Source of the DNA: Eledone cirrhosa
Taxonomy: Eukaryota
Direction of reading: 5' to 3'
Length of the DNA: 64,000 nt
Assembly (NCBI GenBank): GCA_964016885.1
Contig: OZ024743.1
Coordinates: 34,782,001 to 34,846,000, forward strand
Shown: piece by piece, positions 1-15,391 of the stretch
Position numbering within the stretch: the stretch's first letter is position 1
How the letters are laid out: each line of letters opens with the position of its first letter
Position numbers and translations under genes: made by a program
The notes under the pieces: generated by a model
The model's input: the letters and a program-made list of their open reading frames with translations, nothing else
What the model was told of the DNA's origin: nothing
Database searches by the model: none

Positions 1-262
1 TAAATTTATAAATAAGATGTAGAGTACTCAAGCGCAGAAAATAACTGCAATTACTGTCAGTTGCTATAAAGTAACTTATAAAAACCGGTTAAAGACCCTT
101 AGAGACGGGAAAATGTTGCCAGCGGCTAAAAGAACAACTATCTGAACAGAGAGTAATGCTATTTCATAGGTCAATTATCGCAATATACATAAACGAGCCA
201 ACTGTCTGACGACCTCGCAAATTAGAATTAATTCCCTCAAACTTTGACCATATTATCTCATT

Positions 263-439
263 AATAATTATTTCTACTTTTGGCACAAGGCCAGCAATTA
301 CTGGTACTTTATTTTATCGACCCCGCAAGGATGAAAGGCTAAAGTTAACCTTGGCGGGATTTGAACTCAGATCGTAAAGGGACGCAACTATGCTGGAAAG
401 CATGTTCGACTCTCTACCGATACTGCCAATTGACCTCCC
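263..439 (-). mobile_element. tRNA-derived SINE family A
   Basis: Reverse complement of the consensus TGGCAGTATCGG...GAGTTCAAATCCCGCCGAGG...GCCTTTCATCCTTACGGGGTCGATAAAATAAAGTACCAG...GTAGAAACAATTA. Confidence 0.85.
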
Positions 440-664
440 TTATTATTATTATCTCATTAATAATAATAATAAAAGAATATAATTTATTAATGTACTTCTA
501 GAAACACTGAACCTCAGTAAAGGAATATTTCTGATCGTAGATCACTTTGAGAGTTACTAAACACATCAATAGCAACTGTATCGCATGGTGTCGGTATAGT
601 AAACAGGTAGAAAGACTGAGATACGTTGATTTGGTTTCCCAAAACAGACATACCCAACATATCA

Positions 665-800
665 AATATCACGACCCATTAAAAGAGAAATATTTCTCTA
701 ATATTATGACCCATCGAAAGAGAAATCTTTCTCTAATATCACGACCCATTGAAAGAGAAATCTTTCTCTAATTTCACGACCCATTGAAAGCTTTCTCTAA
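665..800. repeat. ~35-bp tandem repeat, ~4 copies
   Basis: ACGACCCATTGAAAGAGAAATCTTTCTCTAATATC-like units. Confidence 0.75.
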
Positions 801-1201
801 TAATACACTGTGATTTGTCATCATGTCACGCCAAATCATATCATTTTTGTCTTATCCCTCAACATGGCTAATTCCTTCAGAAAAGCCATGAATGTTACTC
901 AATCTCATTTCCCTTCTCTGTATCTGTAGTATTGTACCTAACTAAAATATCCATTTACTGTGCCAAAAAGAGACCGTCTATGTTGCCACTCGACCTCAGA
1001 AAAATAGACGAATTCCCTTCAAATTAACCCTTGCCCTCTTAAAGAAGATGATGCATTGGTTTATGTAGTCCGTAATACAATAAGATAGGATTGTTTATAC
1101 TTTACGTTTTCTTGAAAAATCGTAAGAATCTTTCACTAAGCCCTTCTTCGATATTACACAGCCTCTGTCTAAATCTCTTACACTTATTTACCTCATGTAC
1201 A

Positions 1202-1239
<38 letters not shown>

Positions 1240-2935
1240 GACGTATACAAATCTATATTTATATATTTACTCATAACACTCCGTGGATAGCATAAACAAT
1301 ATTTTTCTTTCACCTACTCCCTTACAAAATGTATCCAATTACTAATGTCCTTTCTTTTCCATGTCGCACTCTTCATTAATTCTCACTGCTCCAATATCAT
1401 CAGATATCTCAGCTTCCTTTCCTCTAGACCAGGATGGGAGGCGACCATTACAATCTGAAGAGCCATTTTTTAGCTTGAAAAACCATGAGTCTATCGAAGT
1501 CGCATAATTCCTTATAAACAAAAATACATACAAAAAAACATGAGTTTGGCTAACTTTTATTTCTTAATGTAATTTTTACCTGTGAATCTTATGTGAAATT
1601 GTTTCAATGTTCGAGTAGGAGTCGCGGTTCTGCTTTTAATACACAATTTTAGATTTAATAAAGTAGAAAAAATGAAATTCAGAATGCCAAAGAGCCACTT
1701 AAGATATGCTAAAGATCAGGAGGTTTCCGACACCTAGTCTATACTATGAGTTCGATATTCCTACTCTAGGTCTTTTTGCTATGGAACACTTCTTTTCGTT
1801 AGATAAAAAAAACTTTGTAGCAGTATGTAGAGATTTTTGGTGCACCTTGTGGTATTGAAGTGACAGTTATGATATTATGGGCTCCGTCAGAATTCTACAT
1901 AATTATCTATATGTAGGTCCCATCGAGTTTTCTGTGTGAAACGATGTGAGCCACACTTTAAATCATTACCAATCAATATGATTTCGTCACATTTGACCAG
2001 ATTGAATTTCGTTTTTAATTCGATTTGAACCAGCCTTAACAAAACCGAAAAAAATAAGGAAAGGATCGTCAGATCTTTCCATTGCTTATATTATATGCTG
2101 GTCGCAACTCCTAGCAGAACGAAGCAGGACATGAACTCAGAATGCAAAGTGTCACAAAGCAGCCCGTCCAGCTATTTAACAATTCCGCCAATCCATCGCC
2201 CTTGGATTTGTAATTTATTTATAGACTCCGAAAAGATAAGAAGTTGACCTGAGCACGATTTGAACTCAGAGTGCATAGAATCGAATCAAATGCTTAAATA
2301 TATAATCATACGCCCTAACGACTCTGCCAATTCGCCGCCTAAGTAAAAACGCCTTTCACTAAATTAACTAAAACCACTCTATTAACGTATGTTTCAAATA
2401 CTATCTTAATAATGGTTTCTAATTTAGGCACAGGACCAACATTTGCGGTAGGGGATATCGATTACATCGGCCCCAGGTACTTTATTATATCGTAAGGATA
2501 AAAGACAAAGTTGATCTCTGTGGGATTTGAACTCAGAACATTAAAGCATTTGGTCAACGCTCTAGCGGTTCTGTTGATCCATCACCCTTAATACCATCCT
2601 AATAATTTTATTAAATCCCTCCGATTCTTTCATTAAGAGTATTTCAATAGAAATATGGTCATAATAGGATTAATCAAATGAAATTGACTACTATTAGCTA
2701 ACGAAATAAGGTCGAATGTTGATGTATAAGGTCATGTAGCTAAAGGATCAACTGTTCGTATCTTATCACGGCCATTGTGTTGTGGTCATGGCTTAGACAT
2801 TGAACTTTTAGAATAGCCCAGTCAACTTAGCAGCAGAAACTACTCACAGTATTTTCAAGTAGCTTCAACATTATACATTTGGCAAGTGTTTTGTTATCTG
2901 AATGCTGGATGCAAGTCGTTCTATGGTTATACCAA

Positions 2936-3003
<68 letters not shown>

Positions 3004-3309
3004 AGAAGTAACCGAGACTGCGTGAATGTTTATATATGTATTTACACATTTAGTATTTTCACAAGAGAAGACATCTCTCACTCACTCCAAAGTGGGTGGG
3101 AGATCACCCCGTTGAGCAGGAGAATTGACAGGTCTGATATAGACCAAGCATCCCCAAAATCTTTAGATCAACACCTCAATAGAATTCTCGACGCCAGACA
3201 TGTTCAAAAATAAATAAGTAAATAAATCGGTAAATGCAATATAAATAAATACGCAATAAAGACTCCTTATATAGGACTAAAAAACCTGCGTAAGCTAGTT
3301 GTACTTTAT

Positions 3310-3541
3310 TGGTAGTATCGGTAAAGCATCGGACAACATGCTTAGCGGCATAGAGTTGCGGCCCTTTACGTTCTGAGTTGAAATCCTGTCGAGGTTAGCT
3401 TTGCCTTTCACCCTTAAAATAAAGTACTAGTAATGCACTGGGGTCGATAAAATAAAGTACCAGTAATGCATTAGGGTCAATTTAATCGACTTTCTGTTTC
3501 CCAAAAGATTGTTGGTCTTGTGCCTAAATCAAAAACCATTA
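3310..3541 (+). mobile_element. SINE family A
   Basis: A/B-box remnants and core with an internal duplication. Confidence 0.75.
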
Positions 3542-4545
3542 TCTTATGTATTCGGCCCTCGTGGTCAATGAAAAATATCATTAATTTATGTATTTCTATT
3601 TTTGTATACAAATGTCAAGTTTTGGTCCACAAATTCATTAGAACTGCTGGGTATCCCCATCGATGCCTGGGGATTGATATCTGCACCTTTTGGGACCCCC
3701 TAATATAGACGAAGACGGATAGATACCGGACTGGAGTTTTTTTCCTTCCATTATGATATTACATTAATAAACCTTTCACAAAACATATACACCTATTCAC
3801 ACACACACACACCTACACCTATGCACACACATACACACAAACACACACGAACAAACCAGCACCAAGCCACACACAGGTTTAACTCACTGAATCTGTTAAT
3901 CTTACTAGCACTTCACTAATGTTTGACAACACTTGCCTAATTCTCTAGCTATCCACGCTCGGTCTTCTCTCTCTCATATTTCTCTCTTCCCTCTTTCCTT
4001 TCCTCTCATACACATCCTCGCTTTCTTTCCTCATCTACCTCCATTTATTTCCCCCTTATTACCAGCTTTGCGCAAGCCTGTGTATATATATATATATATA
4101 TACTTAAGGTAAATATTGATGCAATTCAAATCAAGCACTCAACGTACTTTTTCCACATAGGAGCGACGGAGTATATTTCGAATAAGAAAATGTGAAGTAG
4201 TTTCAGATGTTAAAGTCCTTTAATGATAATGCTGTGATACATATTTCAATGACGACAGTGGTCACACGCTTCGGTGTACCCAGTGCCGTGACATCATCAG
4301 ACAGCTTCTTACATAATAAGGTTATGTTTCCGAGGCAATCCAAATTGAATCGACAGGGGAACGGGCAAAGCGTGTGTTCTTGAATCCTTCGCCCGTTCCC
4401 TTGTGAGTCCCAATTCACCCCACCGATCTGCGCAAGCGTAAGTCCGAAGGAAGTTGACCATCCACTACCCCAAAGTTCTACGAAAGTCGCCTAGCCAGGT
4501 CCCCCTCTCAACCAAACAATCTAAAATGCTAGCATTTTAAGGGGT

Positions 4546-4599
<54 letters not shown>

Positions 4600-4724
4600 T
4601 CGATCGACTTTCGTCAAATCGGACCGAGGAAACAATGTTTCCGTTGGTCTTTCCAATTGCTAATACTCTCTATCGGTCGAAACTCCAGGTAGAAGGAGCA
4701 ACGTGAAATAAAGTGTCTTGCTCA

Positions 4725-4793
<69 letters not shown>

Positions 4794-5157
4794 ACACACA
4801 CACACTTCACTTTGCGTTCCAAAATCTTTACCCAAGATTACGTAACGGTTTATCTTGTTTACTCTCTTTATTTTCGGTTTTTTTTTTTCACTTTACCTGG
4901 ACTACCTTTATTTTCTGTATGATCCTGTCTTTATTTTGTGTATATATAGAGAACTATCTCAAGTAAGGCTCCGAATATACATACATACATGCATACATGC
5001 ATGCTTACAGCATACATACACCATACATACATACATACATACATACATACATACATACATACATACATACATACATACATACATACATACATACATACAT
5101 ACATACAGCATATGTGCGTGAGTGCATACGCGCTTGTATTAATAATTTGATTTGTAC

Positions 5158-5349
5158 GGCGGTGGATTGGCAGTATCGGTAGAGGGTCGGACGCCATGCT
5201 TTGCAGCATGGAGTTACGGGCCTTTACGATCTGAGTTCAAATCCCGCCGAGGTTAACTTTGCCTTTCATCCTTACGGGATCGATAAAATAAAGTACCAGT
5301 AATGCACTGGGATAATTGCTGGCCTTCTGCCAAAAGTAGAAACAATTAA
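5158..5349 (+). mobile_element. SINE family A (near-consensus copy)
   Basis: A-box TGGCAGTATCGG, B-box GAGTTCAAATCC, conserved core. Confidence 0.9.
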
Positions 5350-6340
5350 TAGTTTGATTTATTCCTGCATTACTGTTGGGTTCATAGACGTAAACATATA
5401 CGGCTAGCCTGTTAGATATTGTAGGAAAATGTGACGTAAAAGAATATGGCTGCTAAGTAAAAATCATTAAGTGACTTCCTTTGAGTGGTCCTGATTACAT
5501 TTTGGTGTTGACAGATCAGTGACAACAGGTTTTATTGTTTGTTGTTCAATATGGGTGCATGATCAGCTCGGAGGCGACAGTATGTCTACCATCTGAGGAA
5601 GATGGCGGTTCAATGACGCAGATGGGTCTGTGCATCTGCTGTTGCTATTCTCATGGCTAGGTGAGCAGCCCATCAATATCATTTTACTTGTTGGTGAGCC
5701 TGTGTCTGTTGGTTATACACAGAAATGGTGTAAAGGGTTAAAACGCTATCTACTCTATATGTACATGTCGGCTAGATGGAGTTAAGATAGCTTTTGCAAA
5801 ATATTAAATGACAATGAGTGTTTCTTTGAAGCCGGCAAAGTAATATTTCGGTTCTCCTGCGGATGGATAAAGATTTTCACTTGGCGGCCATATCTTTTAA
5901 CTCCTTCACATTTGTCTACCATACCTGACCTGATACATATGCTGCTTCTTGTCGACGCAGTGTTTGCATTTATGAGCTCCAGGTGAGTGAGCTGTCCCGT
6001 CAAGGATAATCTTTGTGATGTTGGGGAAGCTATTTTCATGGTCTGGAATCTCCAAATGAAATGGGACAGGGAGGAGGGAAATTTTCCTATCCCTGCAACT
6101 GAAGAAGTTCATGGGATGTGTGAATATTCCCTCGTTGGATGTTAGGCCTGTGTAGTTCCTTGGAATATCATCTCGTTGTGTGAGAGTGACTTTATAGACG
6201 ACTATAGCTTTGAACAGTAGGATCCTCCAGTAGACAATGAGTGCGTGGAGGGGAACCTGTGTAGATGCGTGTTTATTTATATTTTCTGAGTGGGACATCA
6301 TTCAAATATAATCTAACCCGTCACCTCTACTATCAACCTT
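5350..6340 (-). mobile_element. Possible highly decayed Penelope-like element
   Basis: Faint remnants resembling the Cys linker and GIY-YIG region (CR....SCTHI; YVxE). No intact frame. Confidence 0.25.
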
Positions 6341-6917
6341 TTCACTGTGGTTCTGTGCTCTAATTCTTGTCATGGCACCATCTATACCTTTCAGGTTAAG
6401 TGTAGCCATACACCCCACCAGTATCTATCTATGTATGTATGTATGTATGTATCTATGTATGTATCTATGTATACATGGAGACATGGAAGTGTTCCGTTTG
6501 GTGCCCGAGCACGTGGTTATCCCACCAGGAGTGAGAGACCTCCTAGTTCTCGTTAGGACATCATTCTAGGAGAAAGAAAACTCTGATGCAAAACTTGCGA
6601 CTCAATGGCAGCCAATGATTTTGACCTGTTCTTCTTTTTGGATACCTATCACTGTTGTTCAGGGAGTGGAATTGGTCCAGTTTAAGGCATTTCTTCACTT
6701 TAAAAAGCTTCAAGCACAGGCATCACTTGCTCAAAACGACTTACACGTGTGTTGCGTGAGCATGGCCTTTTCTTATTTTTCTTTCGCTGCAAATACAGAA
6801 TTGAATCTAAGTCCTTAGAAGCGCTAAAAAGCCCTATCTGTGCCAACCATGTATCAGAAAAAGATCAAGGGATGGCTTTTCTCGAAACTGAGATGCAGCT
6901 ATTATGTATGTATGTAT

Positions 6918-7410
6918 GTACTGGGTTACATGTTACCAGTAGCACTCGAGGGCGACCTGTCTCATGGTCGGGTTGTCAGCGACTAAACCGGCAACCCACC
7001 AAGCATGCTTGGCGAGGAGGGGGATATTTCGACACCCTGTGGAATGAAATACAAGACCCGGCAAAGGGCGGAAGAACTCAACAGAGTCAATGGCCATCCA
7101 AATAGTACTTTTTTATTTTTTCACCTGGGGGTGAAAGGCCCCTAGTTATTGTTACAACACCTTTCTATGAGAGGGAAACTCTGAAAAAAAACCTGCGGCT
7201 TCGGAAGCATCCGATGATGTTGACCAGTTCTTCTTTTCAGGTGGGATTGGTCGAGTGCAAGGCCTTTCCCCACTTAAAAAACCTACAAAGTACAGACATT
7301 GCTTGTTCAGGATATGTTACAGATTCGTGTGGCTGGCCGTAGCCTAAAGGTGCATCAAACTCTATAATCTGACAAGCGATTGCAGTACTCTTAGCAGAGT
7401 TTGCAGCCAT
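6918..7410 (+). repeat. Interspersed repeat family C (other copies 32390-32760 and 40940-41310 on the minus strand, partial 6480-6900)
   Basis: Shared CATGGTCGGGT.GTC..CGACTA.ACCG.CAACCC and GAAGAACTCA...GAGTCAA.GGCCATCC motifs. Confidence 0.7.
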
Positions 7411-7436
7411 CATGTATGTATGTAAGCTTGTGTAAA

Positions 7437-7776
7437 GATGCTTGGCTTAGAGGTTAGGGTGTTCAGCTCACGATCCTCTAATCATGAGTTCTATTCCTGA
7501 TGGCACGTTGTATCCTTGAGCAAGACACTTTATTTCACATTGCCCCAATCCATTTAGGTGGCTTAAATGAGTTCTTCCCTGTAATTCAAAGAACCAGTCT
7601 TGTCATTCACTGTGTTGCGCTGAATCTCCCTGAGAACTACATCAAGGATGCACGTGTCAATGAAATGCTCAGCCACCTACTCGTGTAATTAACCTGTACG
7701 TTAATTAAATGAACAGGCTGTTCCACTGTTCATAGAAGTTCGAACACTCGTCGCCGGAACCGACGGAGGTCCAGTA
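7437..7776 (+). mobile_element. SINE family B with another tail
   Basis: Head/core followed by ...GCTGAATCTCCCTGAGAACTAC...; the tail also occurs at 41320-41490. Confidence 0.75.
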
Positions 7777-8304
7777 CCCCCCCCCCCCCCCGATAGGTAG
7801 TTAAGTAGGCAGGTACAGTTTCCGCTTGCTGCACCACCACTATGTAGAAAAGGTTAAATTTTCTCTCTATAGGAGTTCAATAAGTTCAATCGTCTACAAC
7901 ACAGATCACCAATTTCCGCGGATTGCGAACGTTATCCTAAAGTAGTGGAAGGGTGAGGAAGAGGTTGTTATGAGGACGAGAGAGGAGCAGGAATAATGTC
8001 AAGTTCACTGTATAATGAAGAGGTTAATAGTTTATGTAAGTATGCTGCGTAAGAAGGTGCTGTAGTCTAACTGACTGATTAGTGTATTTTGTGGGGGAAC
8101 AGATGGTGGGAGAGGGGATAGTAGAGGGGGAGGGGGCAAGCATGATGGTAAACAAATTGTGTTTGTATTCAATGTGTAATGAGGAACCTGGTGAGGTGCA
8201 GATTCGGGGTGAAGAAGTGTCCAATGTGATCGATAGTAGAATAGGGATGTGAAATATAACACCGCTATAAATTGTTGTTTGAGTTTCTGTGTATCTGTAT
8301 ACAA

Positions 8305-8752
8305 AGGCCTTGTTTTAGGGGGGGGTACCAGGGGCCAGTCCCCCCCCCCCCCAACACACAGTTTTTCAAACGTCGATGTTTTGTTTTTTGTTTATTTGAT
8401 GTAATTGTTTCTAATTTTTGGCACAAGGCCAGCAATTATCCCAGTGTATTACTGATACTTTGTTTTATCGACCCCGTAAGGATGAAAGACAAAGTCATCC
8501 TCGGCGGGATTTGAACTCAGACCGTAAAGGGCCGTAACTCTTTTCTGCAAAGCAAGGCGTCCGACCCTCTACCGATACTGCTAAGCTTATTTTTTTATAT
8601 CTGAACTTCATTTGAATATATAAAATTTAATTAGCGTAAAATTTTACTTATGTGATAGGGTGCAAGGCACCATAAACAATACTAACATGCTGCTATAAGA
8701 ATCAACAAATGTTGGTTTGTACCCCTCACATTTTTAAGGCAAACGAGGCCCC
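8305..8752. mobile_element. MITE-like element containing a SINE-A insertion (8401-8584)
   Basis: Ends GGCCTTGTTT / AAACGAGGCC; an uninterrupted homologous copy lies at 48541-48810. Confidence 0.65.
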
Positions 8753-9169
8753 TGTCTGTATACATTGTGTGTGTCTGTGTGTTTATCTGTCTCAGCGTAT
8801 TTGTATGCATAGTGGGTGTCTAAGTGCGTGTATATAAATGTGTATGCTTGTTTGTGTTTATCTGTATGTGTATATGTATGCATTGTGCGTTTATAAATGT
8901 GATTGTGTGTGTGTGAATCTATGTATTGTTGTGTGTGTGTCTATATTTGTATGTTTGTCTCTATGTATATATGTATATGTCTGTATATGTGTCTGTGAAT
9001 GTATATGCGTGCGTGTGTATGTCTATGTGTATATGTCTGTATATATGTCTGTGAATGTATATGCGTGCGTGTGTATGTCTATGTGTGTTTGTGTATGTGT
9101 GTGTGTGATGAGTGTATATATAATGCATACTTGTAAGTGTCCTGTATGTGTGTATGTTGTATGTATATA

Positions 9170-12100
9170 TTGTTTGTATATATTGTTTGTATATATTGTA
9201 TGTATATACTGTATGTACAACTGTATGTATATACTGTATGTATATATTGTATGTATATACTGTATGTATATATTGTATGTATATACTGTATGTATATACT
9301 GTATGTATATACTGTATGTATATATTGTATGTACATACTGTATGTATATACTGTATGTATATATTGTATGTATATATTGTATGTATATACTGTATGTATA
9401 TATTGTATGTATATATTGTTTGTATATACTCTATGTATATATTGTATAATATATTGTATGTATATACTGTATGTATATATTGTATGTATATACTGTATGT
9501 ATATATTGTTTGTATATATTGTATGTATATATTGTATGTATATATTGTATGTATATACTGTATGTATATAATGTATGTATATATTGTATGTATATATTGT
9601 ATGTATATACTGTATGTATATATTGTATGTTTATATTGTATGTATATACTGTATGTATATATTGGATGTATACACTGTATGTATATACTGTATGTATATG
9701 TTGTATGTATATACTGTATGTATATACTGTATGTATATATTGTATGTATATACTGTATGTATATATACTGTATGTATATATTGTATGTATATATTGTATG
9801 TATATATTGTATGTATATACTGTATGTATATACTGTATGTATATATACTGTATGTATATATTGTATGTATAAACTGTATGTATATACTGTATGTATATAT
9901 TGTATGTATATACTGTATGTATATATACTGTATGTATATATTGTATGTATATATTGTATGTATATACTGTATGTATATATACTGTATGTATATATTGTAT
10001 GTATAAACTGTATGTATATACTGTATGTATATATTGTATGTATAAACTGTATGTATATACTGTATGTATATACTGTATGTATATATTGTATGTATATATT
10101 GTATGTATATATTGTATGTATATAATGTATGTATATATTGTATGTATATATTGTATGTATATACTGTATGTATATACTGTATGTATATATTGTATGTATA
10201 TACTGTATGTATATACTGTATGTATATATAGTATGTATATATTGTATGTATATATTGTATGTATATATTGTATGTGTATATATTGTATGTATATACTGTA
10301 TGTATATATTCTATGTATATATTGTATGTATATACTGTATGTATATATTGTATGTATATACTGTATGTATATATTGTATGTATATATTGTATGTATATAC
10401 TGTATGTATATACTGTATGTATATGCTGTATGTATATACTGTATGTATATACTGTATGTATATACTGTATGTATATATTGTATGTATATATACTGTATGT
10501 ATATACTGTATGTATATATTGTATGTATATACTGTATGTATATACTGTATGTATATATTGTATGTTTATACTGTATGTATATACTGTATGTATATACTGT
10601 ATGTATATACTGTATGTATATATTGTATGTATATACTGCATGTATATATTGTGTGTATATATACTGTATGTATATATTGTATGTATATATTGTATGTATA
10701 TATTGTATGTATATATACTGTATGTATATATTGTATGTATATATACTGTATGTATATATTGTATGTATATATACTGTATGTATATACTGTATGTATATAC
10801 TGTATGTATATATTGTATGTATATACTGTATGTATATACTGTATGTATATATAGTATGTATATATTGTATGTATATACTGTATGTATATATTGTATGTAT
10901 ATATTGTATGTATATACTGTATGTTTATACTGTATGTATATACTATATGTATATACTGTATGTATATACTGTATGTATATACTGTATGTTTATACTGTAT
11001 GTATATATTGTATGTATATATTGTATGTATATATTGTATGTATATACTTTATGTATATACTGTATGTTTATACTGTATGTATATACTGTATGTATATATT
11101 GTATGTATAAACTGTATGTATATACTGTATGTATAAACTGTATGTATATATTGTATGTATATACTGTATGTATATATACTGTATGTATATATTGTATGTA
11201 TATATTGTATGTATATACTGTATGTATATATTGTATGTATATACTGCATGTATATATTGTGTGTATATATACTGTATGTATATATTGTATGTATATATAC
11301 TGTATGTATATACTGTATGTATATACTGTATGTTTATATTGTATGTATATACTGTATGTATATACTGTATGTATATATTGTATGTATATACTGTATGTAT
11401 ATACTGTATGTATATACTGTATGTATATATACTGTATGTATATATTGTATGTATATACTGTGTGTATATATTGTATGTATATACTGTATGTATATATTGT
11501 ATGTATATACTGTATGTATATACTGTATGTATATATTGTATGTTTATACTGTATGTTTATACTGTATGTATATATTGTATGTATATATTGTATGTATATA
11601 CTGTATGTATATACTGTATGTATATATTGTATGTATATATTGTATGTATATATTGTATGTTTATATTGTATGTATATACTGTATGTATATACTGTATGTA
11701 TATATTGTATGTAGATATTGTATGTATACACTGTATGTATATACTGTATGTATATACTGTATGTATATATACTGTATGTATATATTGTATGTTTATATTG
11801 TATGTATATACTGTATGTATATATTGGATGTATACACTGTATGTATACTGTATGTATATATTGTATGTATATATTGTATGTATATATTGTATGTATATAC
11901 TGTATGTATATACTGTATGTATATACTGTATGTATATACTGTATCTATATACTGTATGTATATATTGTATGTATATATTGTATGTTTATACTGTATGTAT
12001 ATATTGTATGTATATATTGTATGTATATATTGTATGTATAAACTGTATGTATATACTGTATGTATATACTGTATGTATATACTGTATGTATATATTGTAT

Positions 12101-14888
12101 GTATATATTGTATGTATATACTGTATGTATATATTGTATGTATATATTATATGTATATACTGTATGTATATATTGTATGTTTATATTGTATGTATATATT
12201 GTATGTATATATTGTATGTGTATATATTGTATGTATATACTGTATGTATATATTCTATGTATATATTGTATGTATATACTGTATGTATATATTGTATGTA
12301 TATACTGTATGTATATATTGTATGTATATATTGTATGTATATACTGTATGTATATACTGTATGTATATGCTGTATGTATATACTGTATGTATATACTGTA
12401 TGTATATACTGTATGTATATATTGTATGTATATATACTGTATGTATATACTGTATGTATATATTGTATGTATATACTGTATGTATATACTGTATGTATAT
12501 ACTGTTTGTATATATTGTATGTTTATACTGTATGTATATACTGTATGTATATACTGTATGTATATACTGTATGTATATATTGTATGTATATACTGCATGT
12601 ATATATTGTGTGTATATATACTGTATGTATATATTGTATGTATATATTGTATGTATATATTGTATGTATATATACTGTATGTATATATTGTATGTATATA
12701 TACTGTATGTATATATTGTATGTATATATACTGTATGTATATACTGTATGTATATACTGTATGTATATATTGTATGTATATACTGTATGTATATACTGTA
12801 TGTATATATAGTATGTATATATTGTATGTATATACTGTATGTATATATTGTATGTATATATTGTATGTATATACTGTATGTTTATACTGTATGTATATAC
12901 TATATGTATATACTGTATGTATATACTGTATGTATATACTGTATGTTTATACTGTATGTATATATTGTATGTATATATTGTATGTATATACTTTATGTAT
13001 ATACTGTATGTTTATACTGTATGTATATACTGTATGTATATATTGTATGTATAAACTGTATGTATATACTGTATGTATAAACTGTATGTATATATTGTAT
13101 GTATATACTGTATGTATATATACTGTATGTATATATTGTATGTATATATTGTATGTATATACTGTATGTATATATTGTATGTATATACTGCATGTATATA
13201 TTGTGTGTATATATACTGTATGTATATATTGTATGTATATATACTGTATGTATATACTGTATGTATATACTGTATGTTTATATTGTATGTATATACTGTA
13301 TGTATATACTGTATGTATATATTGTATGTATTTACTGTATGTATATACTGTATGTATATACTGTATGTATATATACTGTATGTATATATTGTATGTATAT
13401 ACTGTGTGTATATATTGTATGTATATACTGTATGTATATATTGTATGTATATACTGTATGTATATACTGTATGTATATATTGTATGTTTATACTGTATGT
13501 ATATATTGTATGTATATATTGTATGTATATACTGTATGTATATACTGTATGTATATATTGTATGTATATATTGTATGTATATATTGTATGTTTATATTGT
13601 ATGTATATACTGTATGTATATACTGTATGTATATATTGTATGTAGATATTGTATGTATACACTGTATGTATATACTGTATGTATATACTGTATGTATATA
13701 TACTGTATGTATATATTGTATGTTTATATTGTATGTATATACTGTATGTATATATTGGATGTATACACTGTATGTATATACTGTATGTATATATTGTATG
13801 TATATATTGTATGTATATATTGTATGTATATACTGTATGTATATACTGTATGTATATACTGTATGTATATATTGTATGTTTATATTGTATGTATATACTG
13901 TATGTATATACTGTATGTATATACTGTATGTATATACTGTATGTATATATTGTATGTATATATTGTATGTATATACTGTATGTATATACTGTATGTATAT
14001 ACTGTATGTATATATTCTATGTATATATTGTATGTATATACTGTATGTATATATTGTATGTTTATATTGTATGTATATACTGTATGTATATATTGGATGC
14101 ATACACTGTATGTATATACTGTATGTATATATTGTATGTATATACTGTATGTATATACTGTATGTATATACTGTATGTATATATTGTATGTATATATTGT
14201 ATGTTTATACTGTATGTATATATTGTATGTATATATTGTATGTATATATTGTATGTATAAACTGTATGTATATACTGTATGTATATACTGTATGTATATA
14301 CTGTATGTATATATTGTATGTATATATTGTATGTATATACTGTATGTATATATTGTATGTATATATTATATGTATATACTGTATGTATATATTGTATGTT
14401 TATATTGTATGTATATATTGTATGTTTATACTGTATGTATACATTATATGTTTTTACTGTATGTTTATACTGTATGTATATATTGTATGTATATATTGTA
14501 TGTATATATTGTATGTATATACTGTATGTATATATTGTATGTATACATTGTATGTATATATACTGTATGTATATATTGTATGTATATACTGTATGTATAT
14601 ATTGTATGTATATACTCTATGTATATATTGTATGTATATATTGTATGTATATATTGTATGTATATATTGTATGTATATACTGTATGTATATATTGTATGT
14701 ATATACTGTATGTATATATTGTATGTATATATTGTATGTATATATTGTATGTATATATTGTATGTATATACTGTATGTATATATTGTATGTATACATTGT
14801 ATGCATATATACTGTATGTATATATTGTATGTATATACTGTATGTATATATTGTATGTATATATTGTATGTATATACTGTATGTGTAC
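9170..14888. repeat. 13-bp minisatellite (TGTATGTATATAY)n, ~5.7 kb
   Basis: Direct inspection; the 13-aa periodicity of the spurious ORFs equals three 13-bp units. Confidence 0.97.
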
Positions 14889-15391
14889 ATGAAAGACGAG
14901 AAAGACAATAAAAGATTAAGTTTGTTTAAACATCTACCTTCACCACCCCACCTTATTACCACCGTCAAACAACCACCACAACCTTCTCCGACAAATCGAT
15001 ATCAGAATGTTGTATTTAGTGCCCCCCCCCCCCTACCTTCTACGGCTCTTTCTCTCTGCCATCCTCCCGATCTACTAAACTCAAGTTCAGATATTTCGTC
15101 CTTTGTGACCTGGTGGAGGTCAGACACACCTACTATTGATTGTCATTAAACTGTTTTCTTTGCCTCATTCTTTTGTTTGGTGATCCTTGGCAACCTATAC
15201 CGTGGACGCCATATATATGTCACAAACCTGACTCTCGTCCTATCTGTCTCGGATACTTTAATTAATTTGTTTTTAATTTTTCTTTTCGCTTTTTACTTTT
15301 CCTTTCATTTGGAGTTCCGTTGTTGGAGTGATTTATTGGCTGAGGTTTAAGTGATTGTTAGCGTTCTGTTGATGGTTATGGCAGTAAGACG

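Noticed and set aside
5939-5988. MLLLVDAVFAFMSS|GTGAGT as the signal-peptide exon
   Set aside because: Phase 2 donor is incompatible with the phase 0 acceptor of exon A.
8838-15149. Very long Tyr/Cys/Ile-rich ORFs (up to 1029 aa)
   Set aside because: Translations of the stop-poor 13-bp satellite, open in several frames and on both strands.
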